Shown: positions 8,853-17,778 of the stretch, piece by piece
Layout: every line of letters begins with the position of its first letter
Position numbering within the stretch: the stretch's first letter is position 1
Sequence record: NZ_CP090789.1
Origin: a plasmid
Direction: 5' to 3' (one strand)
Length of the DNA: 64,000 bases
Position numbers and translations under genes: made by a program
The notes under the pieces: model-generated
The model's input: the letters and a program-made list of their open reading frames with translations, nothing else
Databases searched by the model: none
Told to the model about the DNA's origin: nothing

Positions 8853-10442
8853 ATGCAGAAGCACGAAGTCGTCCAAACGCAATCCATATGCGCCGCTGCC
8901 TCTGTGGCGGTCGGCGCGTGCGCATCTTTGGCGTTGAGCGGCCACGTGCCGCTGCCATTCCCTGCGGGTACGGTGAGGGCAATCCAAGCCGCATTCCATG
9001 AACCGCTTATGCTTTGGGGCGCGTTGCCTGGGACGTGCTTGGCCGCGTACGCTTGGCATGTTTGTCGCGAACAACTCTTCGACGGGTTCGAGGGCGCGCG
9101 ATATGCGAAGTTTATTCGTGGAACGCGTATGCTGAACCGACATCAGCTGGACGCTAAGATCCGCGCGCACAACAAGCGATATCAGAAGGTTGCGCGGAAG
9201 CGCGGCGACGAGCCTCGACCGCCTGTCAAGGTTTGCGGCGTCGAGATGCCGACGGACCTCGAGACGCAGAACATCATGATCGTCGGTGCGCCCGGGACCG
9301 GCAAGAGCCAAGCGATCCAAGGGCTAATCGCAAGCGCGCTAGACCGTGGCGATCGTATGGTCACCGTCGATCCAAACGGGAGCATGTGTTCGCGCTTTTT
9401 TCTCCCCGGCGACATCATCATCAACCCATACGATCGGCGGTGCGTGGGGTGGTCACTGTTCAACGAAGCCGGCCATGACTTTGACTTCGACCGCGTTTCG
9501 CATTCAGCGATTCCGCCGCAGGTAGGCGATCAGGCGGAGGAGTGGGCGGGATATGCTCGCTTTCTACTGTCCGACACGATGACTCGGCTGCATAACGACG
9601 ACATGCCCGACATGCGGGTCCTGGTCGACCTCACAACGCGCGAGCGCCGAGACGTGCTCGCGAAGTTCCACGAACAAACCGGGTCCGCCGGCTTCTTTGC
9701 AAAAGACGCTGAAAGGGCGACGGCGAGCATCATCTTCACGCTGAATAAGTACATCCGACCACTGATAAGGATCCCAGACGGTGATTTTTCGATCCGAAAA
9801 TGGATGCGAGATGAGAACGCTGGGAACATCTGGATCACCTGGCGCGAGGATCAGCGCACTGCTCTTGGGCCGACAATTCCGATTTGGCTGGATCTCGTAT
9901 TCGCGATGATTTTGAGTGATGCACCCAGCTTCTCTCGCCGACTGTGGGTCAACATGGACGAGCTGGCGTCGATCGGCCGACTGTACAGCTTTGAGCCGGC
10001 TGTTTCGAAGGGGCGAAAGCACGGGCTCTGCGTTGTGGGCGGCCTGCAAGATGTGGTGCAACTCAAGATGAACCTGGGGCAGGATCCGGCCGACGCGGCC
10101 CTTGCCTGTTTCCGCAGTCTGCTGGCCTTGGGTGGGGCGAATGCTCACACGACCAAGCGCCTCGCGACGATGTTGGGCAGCCATGACGTCGAGCGGCATC
10201 CGATCGGCGTGAATCCGCAGTGGTGGAATCTCAATACGCGCGAGCGGAAGATCGACCGCGACGAGCTACTGGTGACGCCGTCGGAATTGGCGAACCTTCC
10301 TGACTTACAGGGTTATCTCAAGTACGGGAAGGATTGGCCCCTCACGAAGGTGAAGTTCGGAGCTCGCGACTATCCGGTGCGGCATCCCGATTTCTTAGCC
10401 ATGGACCTGCCTGCGATCGCAAACCTGATCATGGCGACATGA
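8853..10442 (+). CDS. virD4: type IV coupling protein (VirD4/TraG/TraD family)
   Basis: N-terminal TM helices, Walker A IVGAPGTGKS, characteristic T4CP core (WITWREDQ...GGLQDVVQL). Confidence 0.85.
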   Translation: MQKHEVVQTQSICAAASVAVGACASLALSGHVPLPFPAGTVRAIQAAFHEPLMLWGALPGTCLAAYAWHVCREQLFDGFEGARYAKFIRGTRMLNRHQLDAKIRAHNKRYQKVARKRGDEPRPPVKVCGVEMPTDLETQNIMIVGAPGTGKSQAIQGLIASALDRGDRMVTVDPNGSMCSRFFLPGDIIINPYDRRCVGWSLFNEAGHDFDFDRVSHSAIPPQVGDQAEEWAGYARFLLSDTMTRLHNDDMPDMRVLVDLTTRERRDVLAKFHEQTGSAGFFAKDAERATASIIFTLNKYIRPLIRIPDGDFSIRKWMRDENAGNIWITWREDQRTALGPTIPIWLDLVFAMILSDAPSFSRRLWVNMDELASIGRLYSFEPAVSKGRKHGLCVVGGLQDVVQLKMNLGQDPADAALACFRSLLALGGANAHTTKRLATMLGSHDVERHPIGVNPQWWNLNTRERKIDRDELLVTPSELANLPDLQGYLKYGKDWPLTKVKFGARDYPVRHPDFLAMDLPAIANLIMAT

Positions 10443-10489
10443 CCGTGAATATTGAATCCACCAGCTACGGGCAACATCAAGGAGAAGCG

Positions 10490-11764
10490 ATGGCCGTAAC
10501 TCATGAGTATCGATTCGACGATGTGTTGGTTGCAGCCAACGCGCCGGATCTGCAGGACTATCTTCGAGACGCGCACGGCGGGAAGGAACGGCCACTATGC
10601 ATGTGCACGTCGGCCGGCGTTCCGATGTACATCGCTCGTGTCGGTGAGCATTTCGCGATCAAGCGGATGCCGAACACCGGCGCCATACATGCTCCCGAGT
10701 GTGCCTCGTACGAGCCGCCTGCCGAGCTGTCCGGCCTGGGCGAACTGAAGGGGCAAGCGATTAAGGAGAACGTCGAGGAGGGCGTCACCGAATTGCGTTT
10801 GGACTTCGCGCTTTCGAAATCCGGCACCCGGATGACGCCCGAGCCTTCCGGTGTGCAGGGGGATACCGTTCGTACGGACGGCGCGAAGCTGACGCTGCGC
10901 GGCATGCTGCACTACCTCTGGGATGAGGCGGGCCTCAACCGGTGGCATCCCGCGATGGACGGCAAGCGAAGTTGGTACGTCGTTCGGAGAGCGCTGCTGC
11001 AGGCGGCCTTCGATAAGGTATCGAAACGTGCGCCGCTTCAGCAAAATCTGTACATCCCCGAAACGTTCTCGCTCGATCGCGAGACCGAGATCGCGCAGCG
11101 TCGAATTGCGCACATGGCCGATCTTGTTGCACCGGGCAAGACCAAGAAAATGATGATCGTGATCGGGGAGGCGAAGGAGATCACGGCGTCCCGATATGGC
11201 TTCAAGATCGTAGCGAAGCATCTGCCGAAGTTCCCGTTCATGATGAACGAGGATCTGCACCGGCGATTGCAGAAGCGATTCGCAAACGAGCTGGCGCTCT
11301 GGGACAGCATGGAGGACACGCAACTGGTCTTTATTGGCACATTCTGGATGGGGCCGACCGGCGTTGCGACGCTCGAGGCGCTTTCCGTGATGGTCGTGTC
11401 CGCGAACTGGATCCCCTTCGAGCACACCTACGACAAGCTTGTTCTCGACGCGCTCACATCGGGCAGCCGTCGATTCGTGAAAGGGTTGCGATACAACCTT
11501 GCAGATGACAAGCCCCTGGCGACCGCGGTGCTGGTCGACGTCGACGGGCCGCCGACGGCCATGTACATCTGTCCTCCTGGCGACGATGAAGAAGCAGATC
11601 AGGCGCTTGACGAATTGATCGAATCGAGTGAAATGCCTGCGTGGATCTGGCGAGCGGGCGATGAGATGCCCGTCTTTCCGCCGGCGGGCGAAAATGCAGA
11701 TCGGATTGCGACGACCGCTGCCGAAGGCCGGCGCGCGGACAGCGAGACCGATTCGGCATGGTGA
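10490..11764 (+). CDS. DUF1173-like hypothetical protein
   Basis: RBS AAGGAGAAG before ATG 10490; conserved Cys cluster CMCTSAG...HAPEC; this family is commonly next to T4CP genes in ICEs/plasmids (from memory, unverified). Confidence 0.55.
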   Translation: MAVTHEYRFDDVLVAANAPDLQDYLRDAHGGKERPLCMCTSAGVPMYIARVGEHFAIKRMPNTGAIHAPECASYEPPAELSGLGELKGQAIKENVEEGVTELRLDFALSKSGTRMTPEPSGVQGDTVRTDGAKLTLRGMLHYLWDEAGLNRWHPAMDGKRSWYVVRRALLQAAFDKVSKRAPLQQNLYIPETFSLDRETEIAQRRIAHMADLVAPGKTKKMMIVIGEAKEITASRYGFKIVAKHLPKFPFMMNEDLHRRLQKRFANELALWDSMEDTQLVFIGTFWMGPTGVATLEALSVMVVSANWIPFEHTYDKLVLDALTSGSRRFVKGLRYNLADDKPLATAVLVDVDGPPTAMYICPPGDDEEADQALDELIESSEMPAWIWRAGDEMPVFPPAGENADRIATTAAEGRRADSETDSAW

Positions 11765-12200
11765 AGAAGCAAAAATACCGAAAGATCGATATTGCTGCTT
11801 TTAATAAAAGGGACAAGTCGTTACAATCTGAAAGATTATCGTCGCGTTTTTATTCTTATCGGAACTGCATAGCGCAAATCCTTATTAAAACGGACCTACA
11901 AAAGAAAAACCCCCGCCGGCAAGCGAGGGTTGTTCTTGGTGGCGCCCAACATGCTACAGCGAAAGAGAGCCAACCGGTCGAATGGATGGCCCGATTCTAT
12001 CGAATCTCCAAAGCGTGTCAAGCGTCGTCTGTAGCCGCTCCTTCTACCTAAAGAGTGCATAGATGACTCAAACCGCCCGCTGCGGGGCGATGCCCCTTTG
12101 TGCGCGGCCGCTTTGTCGTTTCCGACGGCCGCGCACCTTACATCTCGCAAGCACCCGCAAAGCGGGACTGGAACACTGCGCCCAATAACGGAATCGCGCA

Positions 12201-13070
12201 GTGACGCCCCCCCTCGAGCTCCCGGACGTGTTCCAGGCGACGCAATCGGCCATTGCGCCGGCGGCCGCCGCACGCGCTGACGATGCGACGCGGACGGTTG
12301 ATTCCGTTCGTCGGGAGCGCGCGTGGCCGACGGATCTGGCGGAGCCACTGAAAGCGAATTCTCCGCGGATACTGCGGACGCTGAATGTCCGGCTGCAGCG
12401 CTATATTGCGGCTCCCGCAAAGTGGTTGCCGTCTCTGAACGCAGCCAATGGAAGCCGTCGACAGCAACGCAGTGAGCGACGCGTCGCGTGCGTCCAACTT
12501 CTCCGTGCATTGATCAAATACTGCGACCTCGCTTCGCTGCGGGTCGGGGCGCCTGGTGCGCAGGGGTGGGTCGACTTGACGCTCCCATTCTTTGCCTGCC
12601 AAGCGGGACTGCAAATTCGGCGCGCGGAGCGGGCGCTACGTGATCTGCAGGCGGCCGGCCTGGCCAAGGTGCGCCGGCAATGTGAGCGGCAAGAAACCGA
12701 TCAAGGCGAGCGGTATAAGGGCCTCGCGGCGATCAAGTACCTTCCGCCGTCACTCTTCGAAGCGTTTGGCATGGGCGCGTGGCTTCGTCATGAGCGTGTC
12801 CGAGCGCATCTGCGCGCGCAGCGTCGATTGGCGGCCGCACGTAAGCGCGATCGTCGTGTCGCACTCGAGATGAACCAGTTGCGCGCTATCGGCGGGTCGG
12901 TCGGCCGCCGCAAACGCTCGTCGCAAGAGCGGATTGCGGTGCCGGATGCGGACTTCGAGCGGATGATCATGCTTCGTGCCGGTCAGATCAAGGCTCGTCA
13001 ACCCGACCTGGACCGTGAGGCGTGCTACGAGCAGGCACGTCGCGAATTGGCCTCTCCGTGCCGCACGTAG
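12201..13070 (+). CDS. hypothetical basic protein with winged-helix-like region (possible Rep/DNA-binding protein)
   Basis: Arg-rich, predicted HTH (VDLTLPFFACQAGLQIRRAERALRDLQAAGL); preceded by AT-rich intergenic region 11770-11900. Confidence 0.45.
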   Translation: MTPPLELPDVFQATQSAIAPAAAARADDATRTVDSVRRERAWPTDLAEPLKANSPRILRTLNVRLQRYIAAPAKWLPSLNAANGSRRQQRSERRVACVQLLRALIKYCDLASLRVGAPGAQGWVDLTLPFFACQAGLQIRRAERALRDLQAAGLAKVRRQCERQETDQGERYKGLAAIKYLPPSLFEAFGMGAWLRHERVRAHLRAQRRLAAARKRDRRVALEMNQLRAIGGSVGRRKRSSQERIAVPDADFERMIMLRAGQIKARQPDLDREACYEQARRELASPCRT

Positions 13071-14148
13071 CGGTCGCTGTTTCCACTCTTTCCTTCTTTC
13101 TCTAGCTGATCGCGCCCGCCGTGAGGGTAGTGAGCGGACGCGCACAGATTTTCGTGCCGCTTTGGGTGCGAGCTCGCGTCGCTTACACGTCGAATTTCGC
13201 GGTTTTGGAGATCCGATTCGCGTTGTGCCCCACTGGGGTGTGGATAAATTCCCTTAAATGTCGGGACGTGTGCTCCTTAATTGTCGGGTCTTAATCAGAT
13301 CCCATCTCTAACAAGAAGAGTGAAATCCAGCCCCGCGGCTTCGCCGCGAGGTATCACGCGGCGAAGCCGCTTGTCGAAATGGTGGTAGGCGAGCCCCAAA
13401 CTTCGGCGAGCACGGGCGCTGCGTCAGCCAAAGGCTGACGCACCACCACGTACGCGTAAATCGAGAGCGCCCGGCTCGCCGGCCGCTCTCTCAACGCGCG
13501 CGCGTGCGCGCCAACGCCTACCACGCAAACTGGACCCACCCGCCGAGCAGTCTGCAGAAGAGGGGGTAGACCTTGGGACGGGCGGGCCTCTGGTGAGACT
13601 TTCGAGGACGTTGCGGCGCTATCGCGTTGGTCCCGAGGCAGTCTCGACCCTATCGGGGACCGGCCGCTGGCAGTGGCTAGAACAGGTTCTATCCCGGCAG
13701 GATTGTCCAGATCTCGCTGGCCGACGACGAGGTGCACTCGCCGGCCGTGACCCTGGCATTCGGCGCCGGACGTGGTCACCTTGCGCGCGATCGGGCGCAA
13801 GCACGGGGTCAGCGCGGTCGACGCCATCCTCGGCGGACGTCGAGATAGACACGCAGAACTGACGAAGCGCGACCTACGACGCGTTGCATAGAGCTCGAGC
13901 TGGTCGACGTACGGTTCGGTTCTCAGCGGCGGTAACGCGGCCCACCTTGCGAGAAATTCGCGGGAGATTCGAGCCGGAATGGAAACCCTGGTAGGACGAG
14001 ATGGCGCGCGGAAGAATTGACGTGCCGCAGTATTGGCGCGGGCTTTCTACTCACAAATTCGGAACCGGCTAGTGTTGTTTCAAACTCAGGCCGGAAAATC
14101 CAAATCGGAGAATAAAGGTGCAAAGGCGTGAATGGTAAATCCCACCAT

Positions 14149-16971
14149 TTAATCACGCACGCCTCGGCCACCCCGTCGATTTTCATTGGACTGCTCGCGC
14201 TCGATTTCACCCACGCCGGCGGCCTTCCGCTGCCGCTGCAGATATTCGGCGCGGGCTGCTGCGCGTTCCGCCGCGCTCATGCCTGCGAACGGCTTCTTGT
14301 TGATTCGCACACGATCTGTCTCGGCGCGGTCGGCGCTCGAATGCCGCATATTTTCGACAATCGCTTCCGCTCGCGCTTGCCCGCTCAGCGCGACCAATGC
14401 CTTCCAGGCACGATCGTCCCGGCTTGCGAGGTAAGCGAGACGACCGCGGATTGCCGGATCGATATGCTCGAGCGCGGACCCTGACCGCTTAAGTTGAGCG
14501 CGCTCCTTCGCCTGCAGCGGCCGGTTATCCGCACGTGCGCGCTGCCGCTTGTCGAGCGCGTCGACGTATTGGTCCACGGCGTTATCGAGCGTCACTGGTT
14601 GTCGGCGAACCGGTGACGATGCGGCGCTCGCGGTCCGTCGAAGAGCGAGGGTATGTCGGTAGCCCCGCTCGGCGCCGAGTTCGGTTTCGGGTCGAACACC
14701 GTAATACGCGCTGAACGACTTTTCATCAACACGCGACAACGCGCGACTCAGCGCAGCGGCATCGGCAAACTCGTCCTTCCCGGACGCAAGTGTCAGCGAT
14801 GTCTTGTGCCGCGTCATTGCAACGTAGGCGAGCTCCGCATGCAGACTCTTGGTCGCCAGGATGTACGCACGATCGACAGTCATGCCCTGGCTCTTGTGGA
14901 TCGTCAGCGCGTAGCCGTAGTCGATTTCGCCATACGTCGCAGAGTCGATCGAAATGCTGCGACCGTTATCGAGGCGCACGTGTAGGATCGACCCGGGCTT
15001 CGAGCTTTGCTCTCGAGCCTCGATCCGCTCGATGGTTCCAAGCGAGCCGTTCTTTACGTCGATATCGTAGTCGTTCCGGAGGAACATGATCCGCTCGCCG
15101 GCCGCCAGCATCATGGTACGCGAGTGCTGGCTCTCAGCCTGGTCACTACCATCGACGCGCTCGACCAGCTGAACCGCGTGGTCGCTGCCAAGTTCCCCGC
15201 GCGCACGAAGGGCCGAGCGGATCGCGGTGTTGAGCCCGTCACGTTGAGCATTTGTGTGCGTCAACAAGATCTGCGAATCGCCACGGTATGCGTCCCGGTC
15301 TGCCATGAATTGTGCGACGAGCATGTCGCGCGCAGCAGCGAGCGATTCGAACAATTGGACCGATCCACGTTCCGCATAGGCCGACACCGCGGCCGGAATT
15401 TCATGCCTAGACAATGCCTCGGATGCCTGACGTTGCCAGTCTTCCTTCTGGCGCTTGATCTCGGTTAGGCTCGACAGCGCATTCACGGCTTCGGCCTTCT
15501 TGCTGACGGCGCGGAACGCGTCGCCGGCGTCAACCGCATGCAGCTGATATGCGTCGCCGACCATTCTAATGCGGGCATTGGCCCTTTCGATGTGACCGAG
15601 CAGCTTCTCCATTTGCCGAGAACCGACCATCCCGGCCTCATCGACGAAGACCACCGTTCGCTCGTCAAGTATTAAGCTCCCGCGATCCAGAGAGCCGAGC
15701 AGGCTGTGCAGCGTCCGACTTTGAATGCCGGCATCGCGCTCCATGTCGTCAGCGGTTTTCCCTTGGAGAGCCGCGCCGAGGACGCGGAAGCCATCGGATT
15801 CCAGCGCTTCTCGTGCGGCCTTGAGGACGTAGCTCTTCCCCGTCCCGGCCGCGCCGTTCACGACGACAAACTGCCGATCTGATACGAGAAGAGAAAACGC
15901 CGCATCTTGGCCGGCATTGAAGTTTCGCGAGATCCGCAGAACGTCGTGACGAGCCATGGTCCCGGATCGCGTCGGGACGTTGGAGAGACGCTCGGCGCGT
16001 GCAACGAGCCGATCCTCAAGTTCCTGAAGCTCGCCGGAAGTAAACCAGTCGCCTTCTTTGCCGGGGACGCTCAGCGCGATCAACTCTTTCGAGTTCATCA
16101 TGCGAGCATAAACTTGGCGGAATTGCTCTTCTCCGTCAGTGTTGCGGAAAACGAATTGCTCGACGTCGCGACGCGAGAATATCGACTTGGTCGCCGTTAA
16201 CGCGTGCACACCAATCGACGGATTGATCAGAAGACGTTTGCCGTTGCGTTCGGCCCGCGCGCGATTCTCGGCCAGCACGTTTTCCATTACGCCCCGTTCA
16301 CCGGCGTAGCGGGCGACACCAACCTTGAGCGAAGGCTCAAGTTCGATACCGAGCGTCTTGTAACTCCGATGGTCGATGCGAGCCTCGATGCCGTGTCGTG
16401 CCATGAAGTGATTTGCGGTCACCGCCCATTCCTCGCGGACGTCGACCACGAACTGTCTGCTGCTCAGATAGCGGTCTTTGCCAGCCCCGCCTTTCTCAGG
16501 ATGCTCGCGATTCCAGCGACGAAAGAACTGCTCGGGATCTCGTGGAATCCCGTCGTTCACGCGCTCCGTAAACATGATGTGGGCGTGAGGCTGTTCCAGA
16601 CCATCGCTCGCAGCGGGGTTGTGGATTGCCCAAGAATAGGCGTGGCGTTCACCGAGCGTGTTCTGGACAAACTCCCGAACCAATTCGACGCGCTGCTCAT
16701 CGTTCAATTCGCGCGGGATGGAAACCTCGATCTCGCGGTACGGACGACCGTTGACTCGCTCGTACTGATCGGCAGCTTGCCAGAAAGCGCTCGGATCATG
16801 CTCGGCCCATGCCGGCATGTTTCCGCTCTCAGACATCTTCAGATCGCCGCGTTCCTCGTATCGCCCACCACGCGAGATATAGGCGTAGTGATCCTCACGT
16901 GCGATGTACTTGGCATGCTCGCCTGCCTTGGCAGCTTTGCCTGGTTTGACGCTGAGGTGGTAGGTCGACAC
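14149..16971 (-). CDS. traA: MobQ-family relaxase fused to RecD-like helicase (Ti-plasmid TraA-like)
   Basis: N-terminus MSTYHLSVKPGK...HAKYIAREDHY matches the MobA/MobL relaxase signature (Tyr near N-terminus, HxH block HAHIMF); central Walker A GAAGTGKS helicase. Confidence 0.9.
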   Translation of the reverse strand: MSTYHLSVKPGKAAKAGEHAKYIAREDHYAYISRGGRYEERGDLKMSESGNMPAWAEHDPSAFWQAADQYERVNGRPYREIEVSIPRELNDEQRVELVREFVQNTLGERHAYSWAIHNPAASDGLEQPHAHIMFTERVNDGIPRDPEQFFRRWNREHPEKGGAGKDRYLSSRQFVVDVREEWAVTANHFMARHGIEARIDHRSYKTLGIELEPSLKVGVARYAGERGVMENVLAENRARAERNGKRLLINPSIGVHALTATKSIFSRRDVEQFVFRNTDGEEQFRQVYARMMNSKELIALSVPGKEGDWFTSGELQELEDRLVARAERLSNVPTRSGTMARHDVLRISRNFNAGQDAAFSLLVSDRQFVVVNGAAGTGKSYVLKAAREALESDGFRVLGAALQGKTADDMERDAGIQSRTLHSLLGSLDRGSLILDERTVVFVDEAGMVGSRQMEKLLGHIERANARIRMVGDAYQLHAVDAGDAFRAVSKKAEAVNALSSLTEIKRQKEDWQRQASEALSRHEIPAAVSAYAERGSVQLFESLAAARDMLVAQFMADRDAYRGDSQILLTHTNAQRDGLNTAIRSALRARGELGSDHAVQLVERVDGSDQAESQHSRTMMLAAGERIMFLRNDYDIDVKNGSLGTIERIEAREQSSKPGSILHVRLDNGRSISIDSATYGEIDYGYALTIHKSQGMTVDRAYILATKSLHAELAYVAMTRHKTSLTLASGKDEFADAAALSRALSRVDEKSFSAYYGVRPETELGAERGYRHTLALRRTASAASSPVRRQPVTLDNAVDQYVDALDKRQRARADNRPLQAKERAQLKRSGSALEHIDPAIRGRLAYLASRDDRAWKALVALSGQARAEAIVENMRHSSADRAETDRVRINKKPFAGMSAAERAAARAEYLQRQRKAAGVGEIEREQSNENRRGGRGVRD

Positions 16972-16994
16972 GGGAACCGGGTTGAGCGCTGTTT

Positions 16995-17040
16995 TCGGGT
17001 TGTTTCTATGCTAGCATAGAAACGCGTAAGCGCGCGTTGT
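16995..17040 (+). promoter_or_regulatory. oriT: origin of transfer (oriT), MobQ/RSF1010-like: 22-bp perfect inverted repeat plus nic-core
   Basis: GTTTCTATGCTAGCATAGAAAC followed by GCGTAAGCGCGCG; compare RSF1010 GTTTCTCGAAGAGAAACCGGTAAGTGCGCCCT; located directly upstream of the relaxase gene. Confidence 0.7.
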
Positions 17041-17286
17041 ACTTCCCTGTAGACACGGGTTTTTGCGAGCTCCCTAGAGACCTGCGGTTTTGGGGTTTCA
17101 GATCGTGAAATGGGGTTGGATCGCTGGCGCGACGTCGGTATCGTCGGGAGGTGTGTGGTCTCGACGGTGCTGCATCAGGTCCAGTCCTCCATACGGGAGG
17201 GCTGGACTGCGGGCAGTAGCACATCGGACGATTTAGGTGCGGCTGCTGCGGAGTCGAATTCGTTTTTTTTGGGTGAGGTAGAACCT

Positions 17287-17721
17287 ATGTCACGTCCCGA
17301 ATGGTTGGCGGTTCGGTTGCAGTTCATCAAGGGTCTGAATTCTCCGACCGAAGCACAGCGGCTGCTCGTTGAATTGGCTGAGCGGCCCGAACTCGACAAG
17401 TCTGACGCGCGGGTGCTCGACCAGTTGATGCGGATGGAACGTATCAACATGAAGGCCGATGAGGCGAAGGCGGAGACGGAAAAGCTTCTGCGCGCGCGCC
17501 GTCTTGAACAAGATAGGGCGCGCGCGAAGGCACACGCGGAGTTGGGTGCTGTGGTGGCGGGAGTCGGATTTCCGCTGGAGCGGGACTTGTTGGCGGGCGT
17601 GCTGCTCGAAGCGCTCGAACGCCTCAAGGCCGACCCGGCGTTGCGCACGGGTTGGAGTTCGCGCGGCGTGGCACAGGCGAAGCCAAGCGATGCGGAGGAG
17701 AAAAAGGCCGACGCGGCCTAA
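17287..17721 (+). CDS. traD: TraD-like conjugal transfer accessory protein
   Basis: Divergent from relaxase across oriT; C-terminal ELGAVVAGVGFPLERDLLAGVLLEAL resembles the rhizobial TraD motif ELGGLIVKAGL...ALLLGAL; RBS GAGGTAG. Confidence 0.5.
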   Translation: MSRPEWLAVRLQFIKGLNSPTEAQRLLVELAERPELDKSDARVLDQLMRMERINMKADEAKAETEKLLRARRLEQDRARAKAHAELGAVVAGVGFPLERDLLAGVLLEALERLKADPALRTGWSSRGVAQAKPSDAEEKKADAA

Positions 17722-17778
17722 GCCGGGTCGGCCCTGCATTGCTTCTTCGGTGGCCCGGTCTAACGGGCCACCGTGTCG

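Noticed and set aside
10334-10489. Upstream extension of the DUF1173 ORF overlapping the T4CP gene by about 100 nt
   Set aside because: An internal ATG at 10490 has a strong RBS (AAGGAGAAG). The extension is probably spurious.
14149-16971. Numerous antisense and overlapping ORFs inside the relaxase, dnaE2, DndC-like and integrase genes (for example 16204..17019+, 33610..34734-, 26507..27385+, 44193..44867+)
   Set aside because: Typical long spurious frames of GC-rich DNA, fully nested in strongly supported genes.
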